Origin: an uncultured bacterium
GTDB lineage: Bacteria > Desulfobacterota > GWC2-55-46 > DRQE01
Direction of reading: 5' to 3'
DNA: 44,780 bases
NCBI GenBank assembly: GCA_965371285.1
Contig: CBDUXU010000001.1
Span: 1-44,780 of the forward strand
This document shows positions 7,256-16,337 of the stretch, piece by piece. A program made the translations under genes and the position numbers. The notes below the pieces were generated by a model. That model searched no databases. It had not been told where the DNA came from and saw only the letters and a program-made list of their open reading frames with translations. Every line of letters begins with the position of its first letter. Position 1 is the first letter of the stretch.

Positions 7256-9829
7256 TTAGACGGACTGCAGTATTGTTTTAGTTTTAAGGATAGGAGTGAG
7301 AGTTGCTTCTTTGTGAGAGAGATTGAAAATGTTTTCTACTACTTCGTGGGGCTTAATTGAACCGCCCTCTTTAAATTTTAATGAAATATTTACTGTTAAA
7401 TCTTCGTCTAAATACAATTCTTCTAATAATAGCTTTAAATCCAAATGTTTAACTTTATTCTTTCTCTCTAATTGCACATCAAAAGTATCTGTGCTCAAAA
7501 CCTTGTTTATCTGGCTCTCAATTCTTCCTTGGTCTATGTTTATCCCCGAAGGGTTTTTATGCAGAAAAATACGATATTTTTGTGACTCCATCATAGCAGA
7601 CAAAGATGGAAGTTTCAAGGGTATAAAGTAACATCCTGTGATTTTTAGTCCTTTTGGGAGGTGTTTATTCAAAATATCGACTAATTGAGCCTCATTTAGT
7701 CTAAAACGCTCCTCATCGAACTCAATATCCATATATTCGTCCAAACTCTCCACCCCTAGAGGCAGTGGGTTTAAAAAGGCGATTTTAGGGTTAGGGTTGT
7801 ACCCTTTCGAGTATTTTATGGCAATTCCAGCCCTGCGGACTGCTCTGGCAACTGCCCGGGCTTGGTCTAAATGGCCGAGGAATCTAAATACACCGGTTTT
7901 CTCAAAACTTATTCTAGCCCTGATAGAATTCTCGCCTTGCTCAGCCGTCATTGGAAGCGGAATAGTTACCACCTCATCTATGACTATCCTGTTTTTAATA
8001 ATCTCATGGTCGCAGACTCCGCAATCTCCGCAGGCGTGGTGGGCACAATCCGGGGTTTCTATCACCTTCATTGCCTCTTCCAGTTCGAAGAGCAAGAATT
8101 CTTTTGATACCCCAGGATCCAGGTGATCCCAAGGAAGGACCTCATCATGGGCTCCCCCTTTTAACGGCTCGCCGATTGTAATGCCTTCTTCTGCCAAGAT
8201 ATCCGACCAGAGCTGGAAGTTAAACCTCTCTCCCCATGCGTCGAATCTTGCTCCGCGAACATATGCCTTCTCTACTACTTTGGAGAGTTTTCTTCCTCCT
8301 CTGGAGAATACTCCCTCTAATGCGCTCATGCTGCATTCGTGCCAGCGGAAGCCAAGCTTTCTTTTGGCAGTTTCTCTTTTTAAATATATTTGTTTCTCCC
8401 TACTGTCTGCCATGCTCTCCTGGGTGTGCCACTGAAAAGGAGTAAAGGGTTTTGGTATAAAATTAGATACCGATACATTTACCTGAGGCGACCTTCCTCC
8501 CATAACTCTCCTGCCAGCCTGGCGTACCTTGTCGGCTAGTTCTACAATGGCGTGAATGTCTTCCATAGTTTCTGTTGGGTGTCCTGTCATAAAATATAGT
8601 TTAATGGACTTCCACCCTAATCTAAAAATATCTTCTGCTGATTTTATTAGGTCTGCTTCATCTATGCCTTTGTTGATTAATTTTCTTAGTCTGTCGCTCC
8701 CTGCCTCGGGAGCCATAGTAAAACTGGTTTTGCGTACCTTTTTAATCTCTTCGGCAAGTTCCTTACTGACTGTGCCAACTCTCATAGACGGCAGGCTTAT
8801 GGAAATCCTCTCTTTTTCCAACCACCCCATAAGCCCTGTAAGGAGTCCTTGTATAGATGAATAATCTCCGGTACTTAAACTCATAAGAGAGACTTCATCA
8901 TAACCTGTGTTCTTAAGTCCTTCTTTTACAATCTGGGCGACCTTATCAGGAGTCCGGTCTCTTAGGGGGCGATAAATCATTCCTGCCTGACAGAACCTGC
9001 ATCCACGAGTGCAGCCGCGGGAGATTTCCACTCCCAAGCGGTCATGTATGGTTTGTATAAACGGAACGACCGGTTTCACTGGAAGGGGGGCTTCGTTTAG
9101 GTCAACAACGGTTTTCTTCAGGAGGTTACCGCCGGCTTTGTTTGTTTTAACTACCCTGTCTATTGTGCCGTCTGCATTATAGTTAACTTTATAAAAGGAA
9201 GGTACATACATCCCCTCAATTTTGGCTAAGTTTATGAGAGTCTCTTCTCTTGATAATTTATCCTTCTTTGCATCTCTGATGACATTTGCAATATCCAGGA
9301 TTGCCTCTTCTCCATCGCCAAGTAAGATGGCATCAAAAAAGTCTGCCACAGGCTCGGGGTTAAACACAACTGACCCCCCGCCAATTACAAAAGTATCCTC
9401 TTCTCCTCTATCCCTGCTATAAAACGGCACCTTGCCCAGGTCCAGCATTGCGAGGATGTTTGTATAACAGAGTTCATACTGAAGAGAGAAACCGAGTACA
9501 TCCAGGTCGTTTAGAGTAATGTCAGATTCTATTGTTCCTAGTGGAATGTCCTTCTCGCGAAGCAATGCTTCCATATCGTCCCAAGGGGTGAATACCCTCT
9601 CGGCTGCAACATAGTCTTTGTCGTTTAGAATTTGATATAGGATTTGTATGCCTAGGTGGCTCATCCCTATCTCATAGACATCAGGAAATGCCAGACCAAA
9701 GGTAACATCTACCTTAGACAGGTCCTTTGTTACGGAGTTCAGTTCCCCACCAACATACCTGCCAGGTTTACTAACCAGTGTTAGATAGTCCTTTATATTA
9801 ATTTTGTCTGTTTTATTGTTTTTTGTCAT
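7256..9829 (-). CDS. B12-binding-like radical SAM protein fused to a DUF2344 (radical-SAM-linked) C-terminal domain
   Basis: 857 aa. N-terminus KPGRYVGGELN...FPDVYEIGMSHLGIQILY, radical SAM cluster motif CTRGCRFCQAG, a Cys cluster CAHHACGDCGVC, then a tail of about 220 aa (FEKTGVFRFLGHLDQARAVARAVRRAGI...) typical of DUF2344. I recall this architecture as the TIGR03960+TIGR03936 fusion. Confidence 0.85.
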   Translation of the reverse strand: MTKNNKTDKINIKDYLTLVSKPGRYVGGELNSVTKDLSKVDVTFGLAFPDVYEIGMSHLGIQILYQILNDKDYVAAERVFTPWDDMEALLREKDIPLGTIESDITLNDLDVLGFSLQYELCYTNILAMLDLGKVPFYSRDRGEEDTFVIGGGSVVFNPEPVADFFDAILLGDGEEAILDIANVIRDAKKDKLSREETLINLAKIEGMYVPSFYKVNYNADGTIDRVVKTNKAGGNLLKKTVVDLNEAPLPVKPVVPFIQTIHDRLGVEISRGCTRGCRFCQAGMIYRPLRDRTPDKVAQIVKEGLKNTGYDEVSLMSLSTGDYSSIQGLLTGLMGWLEKERISISLPSMRVGTVSKELAEEIKKVRKTSFTMAPEAGSDRLRKLINKGIDEADLIKSAEDIFRLGWKSIKLYFMTGHPTETMEDIHAIVELADKVRQAGRRVMGGRSPQVNVSVSNFIPKPFTPFQWHTQESMADSREKQIYLKRETAKRKLGFRWHECSMSALEGVFSRGGRKLSKVVEKAYVRGARFDAWGERFNFQLWSDILAEEGITIGEPLKGGAHDEVLPWDHLDPGVSKEFLLFELEEAMKVIETPDCAHHACGDCGVCDHEIIKNRIVIDEVVTIPLPMTAEQGENSIRARISFEKTGVFRFLGHLDQARAVARAVRRAGIAIKYSKGYNPNPKIAFLNPLPLGVESLDEYMDIEFDEERFRLNEAQLVDILNKHLPKGLKITGCYFIPLKLPSLSAMMESQKYRIFLHKNPSGINIDQGRIESQINKVLSTDTFDVQLERKNKVKHLDLKLLLEELYLDEDLTVNISLKFKEGGSIKPHEVVENIFNLSHKEATLTPILKTKTILQSV

Positions 9830-9856
9830 TTTATCTTTTACTTAATTGGAGCTACG

Positions 9857-9957
9857 CTGTCTGCGACAGTCTATTTAAAAAGCACTAATCCCCAAATACT
9901 TCATAATATAAGCAAGAACCTGATGCCCCTAAAACTGCGTGCCAACACAGAGTGTTG
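9857..9957 (+). repeat. Long-form repeat unit 1: palindrome CTGTC-TGC-GACAG, TCTATTTAAAAAGCACTAAT, module A 9892-9907, module B variant 9918-9937, hairpin CAACAC-AGA-GTGTTG 9943-9957
   Basis: Tandem with the unit at 9965-10067. The left ~50 nt of the two units are near-identical. Confidence 0.8.
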
Positions 9958-9964
9958 CGGGGTT

Positions 9965-10067
9965 ACTGTCTGTGACAGTCAATTTAAAAGGCACCAATTA
10001 CCAAATACTTCATAATATAGTTAACTGCGTAGTGCAGCACGAAAATTGGCAACGGCGCCTCGCCGTT
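9965..10067 (+). repeat. Long-form repeat unit 2: palindrome ACTGTC-TGT-GACAGT, CAATTTAAAAGGCACCAAT, module A 10001-10016, degenerate module B 10027-10048, palindrome AACGGCG-CCT-CGCCGTT 10051-10067
   Basis: The final palindrome overlaps the TAA stop (10066-10068) of the second radical SAM gene. Confidence 0.8.
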
Positions 10068-11688
10068 AGCAGACTCCGCATTTGAAGCAGCTGCCTACCT
10101 GACATGCTCCTGTTGTGTCGCTTTTTAGGCTTCTTTTGTAATCAAACCACATATAGTCTCTTGAGAGCCCGTGTTCTATTACATCCCATGGAAGCACATC
10201 TTCCGGCACTCTTAGGGAGTGGACGATTCTCTCCACTTCCTCTTTATTGTCCTTCATGGCGCGGCGCACTCCCTTCTCATAAGACTCTTCTATAACTCGT
10301 CCTACTCGTCTGTCCCCCAGCGAGAGGTAGGCCTGTGTGTATGCAACTCCCGGCGTGAGTTTTTTAATTTCAATTGCCTTTTCTTTTTTAAGCATTGCAT
10401 CTAAAATATTAAAACGTCTTTTCAGGATTTCTACCCTCTCGAAATTATGCCACTGAAAAGGCGTGAAGGGTTTTGGCACAAAGGGGTTTACGCTAAGTAT
10501 GAGTTTGCCCCCGCCGAGAGTAGCTTTAATTTGTTTTGCCAGCTCTGCCATGGCTACTATATCTTCGTCAGTCTCTGTTGGCAGTCCTATCATGAAGTAG
10601 AGTTTTACCCTGTTAAAACCTGCATCTTTTATCATGGAGATGCTTTTTAATATACTCTCGTCGGTAATGTCTTTGTTTACAACGCGTCGGAGCCTGAGGG
10701 TAGCTGCCTCAGGTGCCATGGTTACTGTTTTGTATCCTGATTCTTTTAATGTTTCCAAAAACTCTTCATCTATAACGTCTAAGCGTAGTGATGACAGGGT
10801 CATTTCTTTATTATCTTTAATTCCGCTCTTTAGTACGTCTTTAATGTGGGTGTATTCACTAACAGCTGCCCCGACTAATCCAATTTTTTGGGTTTCATCT
10901 GTTTTTATACTATCCATAACGGGCCCTACTTCATGTTCCCTCGGTGGGAGGTATAAAAAACCTGCCGGGCAGAAGCGGCAATTTTCTCCGCACCCTCTTT
11001 CTATTTCTACAAGATGGGTGTTTGAGAACTCCGTATCAGGAGTGAGTATAACAGTTTGGGCAATTTCGAAGGGCTCTTCATAATTTATCATGGCCCTTCT
11101 GACTTTAGTTGGCGCACCATCGGTAATATTAATCCTGGTCATTCTGTTGCCGTCATATTCAAAGTCGTACCATAGTGGTACATATACTCCCGTAACTTCT
11201 CTAAGGCTCCTAAGTGTTTCTTCCTTGGTGCTGCTTGTGCTCAGGGACTCATCAATAATGTCTATAATTTCTTTTGCAAACCCTTCTGCTTCTCCAATAA
11301 AAAAGCTATCCATAAAATCCGAGAGAGGTTCGGGATTCATGGATATGGCAGCCCCTCCTGCAATGGTCAGGGGATGAGATTCATTTCTATCTTTTTTATT
11401 AAGGGGAATTTGTGCCAGGTCAAATATAAGGGGCAAATTAAAATAGTCGTCTTCAAAGGAAATTGAGAAGGCTACTACATCAAAATCTTTAACTGGAGTT
11501 TGTGATTCAAGACTAAACAGAGGCGTGTTGGAGTCAAAGAATTCATCTACATTTAATTTATTACTATCAGTAGTGTCAGGGAGGAATACTCTTTCGCAAA
11601 CGCAGTTAGGCAAACTATTTAGAAGCCTGTATAAGGTGTGCACTCCCAGGTTACTCATGCCAAGGTAATAACTATTTGGATAAACCAA
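10066..11688 (-). CDS. Second B12-binding-like radical SAM protein (paralogue of 7256..9829, no DUF2344 domain); true start probably upstream of the track start
   Basis: 540 aa in the track. YPNSYYLGMSNLGVHTLY, CGENCRFCPAG, and C-terminal CQVGSCFKCGVC. The frame stays open upstream to 11808 and encodes homologous-looking sequence (see finding). Confidence 0.8.
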   Translation of the reverse strand: MVYPNSYYLGMSNLGVHTLYRLLNSLPNCVCERVFLPDTTDSNKLNVDEFFDSNTPLFSLESQTPVKDFDVVAFSISFEDDYFNLPLIFDLAQIPLNKKDRNESHPLTIAGGAAISMNPEPLSDFMDSFFIGEAEGFAKEIIDIIDESLSTSSTKEETLRSLREVTGVYVPLWYDFEYDGNRMTRINITDGAPTKVRRAMINYEEPFEIAQTVILTPDTEFSNTHLVEIERGCGENCRFCPAGFLYLPPREHEVGPVMDSIKTDETQKIGLVGAAVSEYTHIKDVLKSGIKDNKEMTLSSLRLDVIDEEFLETLKESGYKTVTMAPEAATLRLRRVVNKDITDESILKSISMIKDAGFNRVKLYFMIGLPTETDEDIVAMAELAKQIKATLGGGKLILSVNPFVPKPFTPFQWHNFERVEILKRRFNILDAMLKKEKAIEIKKLTPGVAYTQAYLSLGDRRVGRVIEESYEKGVRRAMKDNKEEVERIVHSLRVPEDVLPWDVIEHGLSRDYMWFDYKRSLKSDTTGACQVGSCFKCGVC

Positions 11689-11906
11689 ACATACCCTGAC
11701 CTTGCCGCCATGTTCCTTAAAGATTGTACCTCTCTCTTTAGAGAGTACTTCTCTTGCCTTTTTCTTTATATTCCAACTGATGGTACTGCACCGCTTTCTA
11801 ATTAAGTTCTAACTACATAGTGCCAAGTATAACTAGCACTATTTAAGTATGTAATTATCCCATAAAAAGCGATTTTTTTCAAGGTGTCAGGCAATTAAAA
11901 ACCTCT

Positions 11907-11931
11907 AATACCCTTATAAAATAAGGGTATT
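11907..11931 (-). terminator. Stem-loop 2 nt after the ftsZ stop codon (11-bp stem AATACCCTTAT / ATAAGGGTATT, 3-nt loop)
   Basis: Perfect inverted repeat read directly. On the minus strand it is followed by AGAGGTTTTTAATT (a T-run after 5 nt). Confidence 0.5.
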
Positions 11932-11933
11932 TA

Positions 11934-13094
11934 CTAGTCTGCCTGTTTTCTTAAAAAAGTCGGTGTGTCGTAATAGTCCTCGTCTTCTGCTCTGAATCCG
12001 CCAAGTTTACTAACTCTTTTAACTTCTTTTCTGCCCGGCTCCGCGGCTCCCGGTAGAGTGGTAATAACAGGCATATCCAGGTTAGAAACAAGTTCTCTGG
12101 TCTCTTCTGCCTTATCTGTAACAGTGAAAGTCGCCTCATCTCCAAAGCCCGTTGCGATTACTGTGACCCTGATTTCTTCAAAGAGTGATTCATCTATAAC
12201 CGCTCCGACGATTATGTTTGCATCGTCATCAGCTTCTGCTTGAATTAGGGTAGATGCCTCGTTCATGTCAAAGAGGGTTAGGTCCGAAGAACCTGTGATG
12301 TTAATAAGCACTCCCTTAGCTCCCCTGATGGATACGTCCTCCAAGAGAGGGCTTGAGATTGCAAGACTCGCTGCGTCAGCACCCCTCGACTCTCCGCTTG
12401 CCACGCCGCTGCCCATAAGAGCCTTACCCATGTCGCACATGATGGTACGAACATCGGCAAAGTCAACATTCACCAAGCCTGGGATTGTTATTACATCAGA
12501 AATTCCTCTTACAGCTTGATAGAGTACCTGGTCCGCTTCTTTAAAAGCATCTGTCAGAGATGTATTCTTGCTTGTAATAGTTAAGAGCCTTTGGTTTGGA
12601 ATTGTTATAACCGTATCTACAACCCCATCTAAGAGTTCCAGCCCGGCGCTTGCAAACTTCATCTTTTTTGAACCTTCAAAAGCAAAAGGCTTTGTTACAA
12701 CTGCCACAACAAGTGCTCCAACATCTTTAGCCACCTGGGCTATTACAGGGGCTGCTCCTGTGCCTGTTCCCCCTCCCATGCCTGCTGTTACAAACACCAT
12801 GTCTGCCCCGTAGAGAGAGTCGTAGATTTCTTCCCTGCTCTCAAGGGCAGCTTCTCTGCCGCAGTCCGGATTGGCCCCGGCACCGAGGCCTTTTGTAAGC
12901 TCAGAGCCAAGCTGAATTTTAACATCAGCCAATGAAGCGTCTAGCGCTTGGCTATCTGTGTTGGCCGCTATAAACTCAACACCTTCGAGCCCTGCCCTTA
13001 CCATAGTATCTAGTGCGTTACCTCCGCACCCTCCTGCTCCTATTACTTTTATCTTTGCACTGTTTGTAAAATCTTCTTCAAAATCAAACGACAT
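11934..13094 (-). CDS. ftsZ: Cell division protein FtsZ
   Basis: 386 aa. [13 protein letters not shown] tubulin signature, NTDSQAL, and the conserved C-terminal peptide [18 protein letters not shown] lies upstream. Confidence 0.97.
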   Translation of the reverse strand: MSFDFEEDFTNSAKIKVIGAGGCGGNALDTMVRAGLEGVEFIAANTDSQALDASLADVKIQLGSELTKGLGAGANPDCGREAALESREEIYDSLYGADMVFVTAGMGGGTGTGAAPVIAQVAKDVGALVVAVVTKPFAFEGSKKMKFASAGLELLDGVVDTVITIPNQRLLTITSKNTSLTDAFKEADQVLYQAVRGISDVITIPGLVNVDFADVRTIMCDMGKALMGSGVASGESRGADAASLAISSPLLEDVSIRGAKGVLINITGSSDLTLFDMNEASTLIQAEADDDANIIVGAVIDESLFEEIRVTVIATGFGDEATFTVTDKAEETRELVSNLDMPVITTLPGAAEPGRKEVKRVSKLGGFRAEDEDYYDTPTFLRKQAD

Positions 13095-13235
13095 AATATA
13101 CCTCCTTGTGTTTTAAGTTTCTTTTATTTAATTACACAACCACTTTTTAAAATATATACTATAACTATACCTGCTGCCTTCTACCTGATAGTGAAACCAC
13201 CATCTTTTGTTTTATTAAAAAACAGGCGCAGCCTG

Positions 13236-14462
13236 TTAGAAAAAATCTTTAACCCAACCGCCCATCTTACTTATAATTTTCCCGAAGATACTGTCTCCTC
13301 CTTTGGTAAACTCATGGACGTCCAGATGGTTTGCCCCGTATATAACAAGCCCGACTCCTGTTGAATACATAGGGCTGCTTACGACATCTACAAGCCCTCC
13401 CACTCCTTTTGGCGACGCGCACCTGATAGGGAGGTTAAAGACCTGCTCCGCAAGTTCCACTGCCCCGTCCATTGCCGTTGCGCCGCCGGTTAACACAACA
13501 CCGGAGGATATATAGTTGTCATAACCGGACTTTATTATTTCTCTGTTTATAAGGTCAAAAATTTCTTCCATCCTTGGCTCTATTATCTCTCCCAGTATGT
13601 TTCTGGAAACCTGCCTTGGTTTATGCCCTCCTACGCCGGGGACTTCAAAGTTCTCGTCGCTGGCAATGTGGGCTGTCATGGCAGAGCCGTATTTCTTTTT
13701 AAGTTTTTCCGCCTCGGCAGTGGGAGTCCTAAGCCCTACGGCAATGTCTCCTGTAACCTGGTTACCGCCAAGAGAAATTACTGTTGTATATTTTACAGTG
13801 GAGCCGTGAAAGACTGCAATGTCGGTAGTACCTCCCCCTATATCAATAAGAGCTACTCCCAGCTCCATCTCATCGGGAGTCAGGACAGCTTCGCTGCTGG
13901 CAATTTGCTGCAAGACTATGTCTGATACATCAAGCCCTGCCTTGTTGGCGCATTTGATAATGTTCTGAGCAGAAGTTACGGCAGCAGTAACAATATGTAC
14001 CTTCACTTCCAGCCTTATTCCGTTCATGCCTAAAGGTTCTTGTATTCCCTCCTGGTCGTCAATAATATATTCCTGTGGAATAACATGGATAACTTCCCTG
14101 TCAGGGGGGATTGCCACAGCCTGCGCCGCTTCTATTACCCTCTCTACATCACTTTTGGAAATTTCGCCGTCTTTGACTGCTATAACCCCGTGGCTGTTAA
14201 AGGCCCTGATGTGGCCTCCGGAGATGCCTGCATAGACGCTGTTAATTTCGCACCCTGCCATGAGCTCCGCCTCTTCTACGGCCTTGCGTATAGAGTCCAC
14301 CGTAGCTTCTATGTTAACTACCACGCCTTTTCTCAGTCCCTTAGAGGGGTGAGTCCCTATGCCGACAATTTCTATGCCTTCGTCTGTCAGCTCCCCCACT
14401 ATGGCGCAAACCTTTGTTGTACCTATATCAAGACCTACTATTAAATTGTCTTTTCTAGCCAT
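13236..14462 (-). CDS. ftsA: Cell division protein FtsA
   Basis: 408 aa with actin-like ATPase motifs (VGLDIGTTKVCAIVGE, IDIGGGTTDIAVF). Upstream of ftsZ. Confidence 0.95.
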   Translation of the reverse strand: MARKDNLIVGLDIGTTKVCAIVGELTDEGIEIVGIGTHPSKGLRKGVVVNIEATVDSIRKAVEEAELMAGCEINSVYAGISGGHIRAFNSHGVIAVKDGEISKSDVERVIEAAQAVAIPPDREVIHVIPQEYIIDDQEGIQEPLGMNGIRLEVKVHIVTAAVTSAQNIIKCANKAGLDVSDIVLQQIASSEAVLTPDEMELGVALIDIGGGTTDIAVFHGSTVKYTTVISLGGNQVTGDIAVGLRTPTAEAEKLKKKYGSAMTAHIASDENFEVPGVGGHKPRQVSRNILGEIIEPRMEEIFDLINREIIKSGYDNYISSGVVLTGGATAMDGAVELAEQVFNLPIRCASPKGVGGLVDVVSSPMYSTGVGLVIYGANHLDVHEFTKGGDSIFGKIISKMGGWVKDFF

Positions 14463-14501
14463 ATTTCCTCCAACCGTTATTAGTGACTAATTTATTAACT
14501 C

Positions 14502-15368
14502 TTAAGCTTCGCTTCCACTGCCTTCTTTAAAGTCAACTATGATTCCCCTGTCGTTATCCAAATCAACTGATTTAATACCCTTTAAGCCATTCTCTCTTGA
14601 ATCTAAAAATGTTTTTAAGTTAGCAATTTTTTTCTCAAAACCTCCGCTGCCGAGCCTAAGCGCTACCCCTTCTCTGGTTGTATAAGCAGTAACGCCGTAA
14701 ATACTATCTACATGAACCTCTGATACCTCTCCCACATCAAGACCTGCTGAAACCCTGGTTGACTCTATAAAATCCAGAGCCATAACCTTTAAAGATTCCT
14801 GCTCCTGGGCTTTTATTATGACATTCTCCAAACCTGTTATAACAGGCAGGTCTAACTCGTCCATTGGCGAAAACTTTTTAAATATCTCGCCTCTATTGTC
14901 CATAACATAAAGTCCTCCGGTTGTAACAAAAGCAACAGGAATAAATTCTTCTACATCAATAACAACTTTATCGGGCAATATTCTTTTTACTGTAACGGAT
15001 TTAATAAAGTCATTGGCCCTGATATTTTTTTCCGTTTCCTTAATATTCACTTTTATAATATTTGAGCCGCTCTCTATGCCGGAGAGGTTTACAACATCCT
15101 CATCATCAAGCCTGATCTCACCTCTTACCTCAATAGATTTAATATCCAAGTAAGGATGAATGGTAAGGGCCGTGTAGAGCCAAACTACAACTCCAAGAAA
15201 AACCGCAGCCGCGGCTCCTATAAAAAGCCCCTTTGTTATCCTGACTATGTACTGGGCAATTTTAACTCCCTGGGGCTCGTTTGAGCTTCTCCTGTTTGCT
15301 CGTTTCTTTATAACCTTGATAGCTTTGGTAGCCTTGGGAGTTTTATTTTTTTTAGTTTTTTTAAACAT
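14502..15368 (-). CDS. ftsQ: Cell division protein FtsQ (POTRA domain)
   Basis: 288 aa with a basic N-terminus, a single TM helix and a POTRA-like segment (IKSIEVRGEIRLDDEDV). Positioned between ddl and ftsA. Confidence 0.8.
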   Translation of the reverse strand: MFKKTKKNKTPKATKAIKVIKKRANRRSSNEPQGVKIAQYIVRITKGLFIGAAAAVFLGVVVWLYTALTIHPYLDIKSIEVRGEIRLDDEDVVNLSGIESGSNIIKVNIKETEKNIRANDFIKSVTVKRILPDKVVIDVEEFIPVAFVTTGGLYVMDNRGEIFKKFSPMDELDLPVITGLENVIIKAQEQESLKVMALDFIESTRVSAGLDVGEVSEVHVDSIYGVTAYTTREGVALRLGSGGFEKKIANLKTFLDSRENGLKGIKSVDLDNDRGIIVDFKEGSGSEA

Positions 15369-15389
15369 TTTTTATCTGCTCTTTAAAAA

Positions 15390-16331
15390 TCAATTAACTG
15401 CGCTAATTAGTATCTTCTCTACCAAATCCCCGTAACTTATGCCCAGCGACTCTGCAGCCATGGGCAAGAGGCTTAGCTCCGTCATCCCCGGTATAGTGTT
15501 TATCTCTATTACAAAGGGGTTATTATTTTTATCTAACATGAGGTCAACCCTGGCTGCCCCTCTGCAGTCCAGTGAGTTGTAACAGTCCACCGACATCTCA
15601 CTCATTTTTTTAGCCAAACTTTCATCAATAAGAGCCGGCACATCAAACTCTGTCCTGCCTTTATTATATTTTGACTCAAAATCATAAAACCCCGACTTTG
15701 GCCTGATTTCAATTACAGGCATTGCGCCGCCGTCCATTACCGATACTGTAAACTCACGACCCTCTATGAAACTCTCCACCATAACGCTTCTGTCAAATTC
15801 AAAAGCATGTTTTATTGCATCTTCTAATTCTTCGCTTTCCTTAACTATCTTAATTCCAATTGTGGAACCTTCAGAAACTGGTTTTACTATTACTGGCAAC
15901 TTCATAGTCCCTGCCTTCTTTAAACTTAGCCCCAGTCCATCACCTAGACTTAAGAGACAAAAATCCGGTGTACCGATGCCTCTGCTTTTAAGTACCTGTT
16001 TTGTAAACCCCTTATCCATAGCCATAGCCGAGCTCATAACGCCGGAACCTGTATATTTAACTCCCAAAAGCTCTAACACCCCTTGGATAATTCCATCTTC
16101 ACCAAAGTTTCCATGAAGGGCTATAAAAGCAATTTTAATCTTTTCCTCTTTTAAAACTAAATCTATATCCCGTCCTACATCTATGGAGACGGCGTTATAA
16201 CCTTTATCTTTTAAAGCCTTTAAAACCGCCTTGCCGCTTTTTATAGAAATATCTCTTTCCTTTGAGAGTCCTCCCATCAGTACGGCAATCTTTTTATTTT
16301 TTAAATATTCCAAGTTCACTTTAACTCCCAA
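15390..16331 (-). CDS. ddl: D-alanine--D-alanine ligase
   Basis: 313 aa with an ATP-grasp fold. IAVLMGGLSKERDISIKSG, HGNFGEDGIIQG and EINTIPGMT. The track start is TTG; a GTG 4 codons downstream is an alternative. Confidence 0.93.
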   Translation of the reverse strand: MGVKVNLEYLKNKKIAVLMGGLSKERDISIKSGKAVLKALKDKGYNAVSIDVGRDIDLVLKEEKIKIAFIALHGNFGEDGIIQGVLELLGVKYTGSGVMSSAMAMDKGFTKQVLKSRGIGTPDFCLLSLGDGLGLSLKKAGTMKLPVIVKPVSEGSTIGIKIVKESEELEDAIKHAFEFDRSVMVESFIEGREFTVSVMDGGAMPVIEIRPKSGFYDFESKYNKGRTEFDVPALIDESLAKKMSEMSVDCYNSLDCRGAARVDLMLDKNNNPFVIEINTIPGMTELSLLPMAAESLGISYGDLVEKILISAVN

Positions 16332-16337
16332 AACCCC

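Noticed and set aside
9892-9937. Reading the repeat core as a sigma70 promoter in either orientation, for example TTTAGG-17-TATATT on the minus strand of unit 1.
   Set aside because: The candidate hexamers are not the conserved positions when copies are aligned. The -10-like TATATT of 9857-9957 aligns to GCTTAT in 5466-5528, and the -35 matches are weak.
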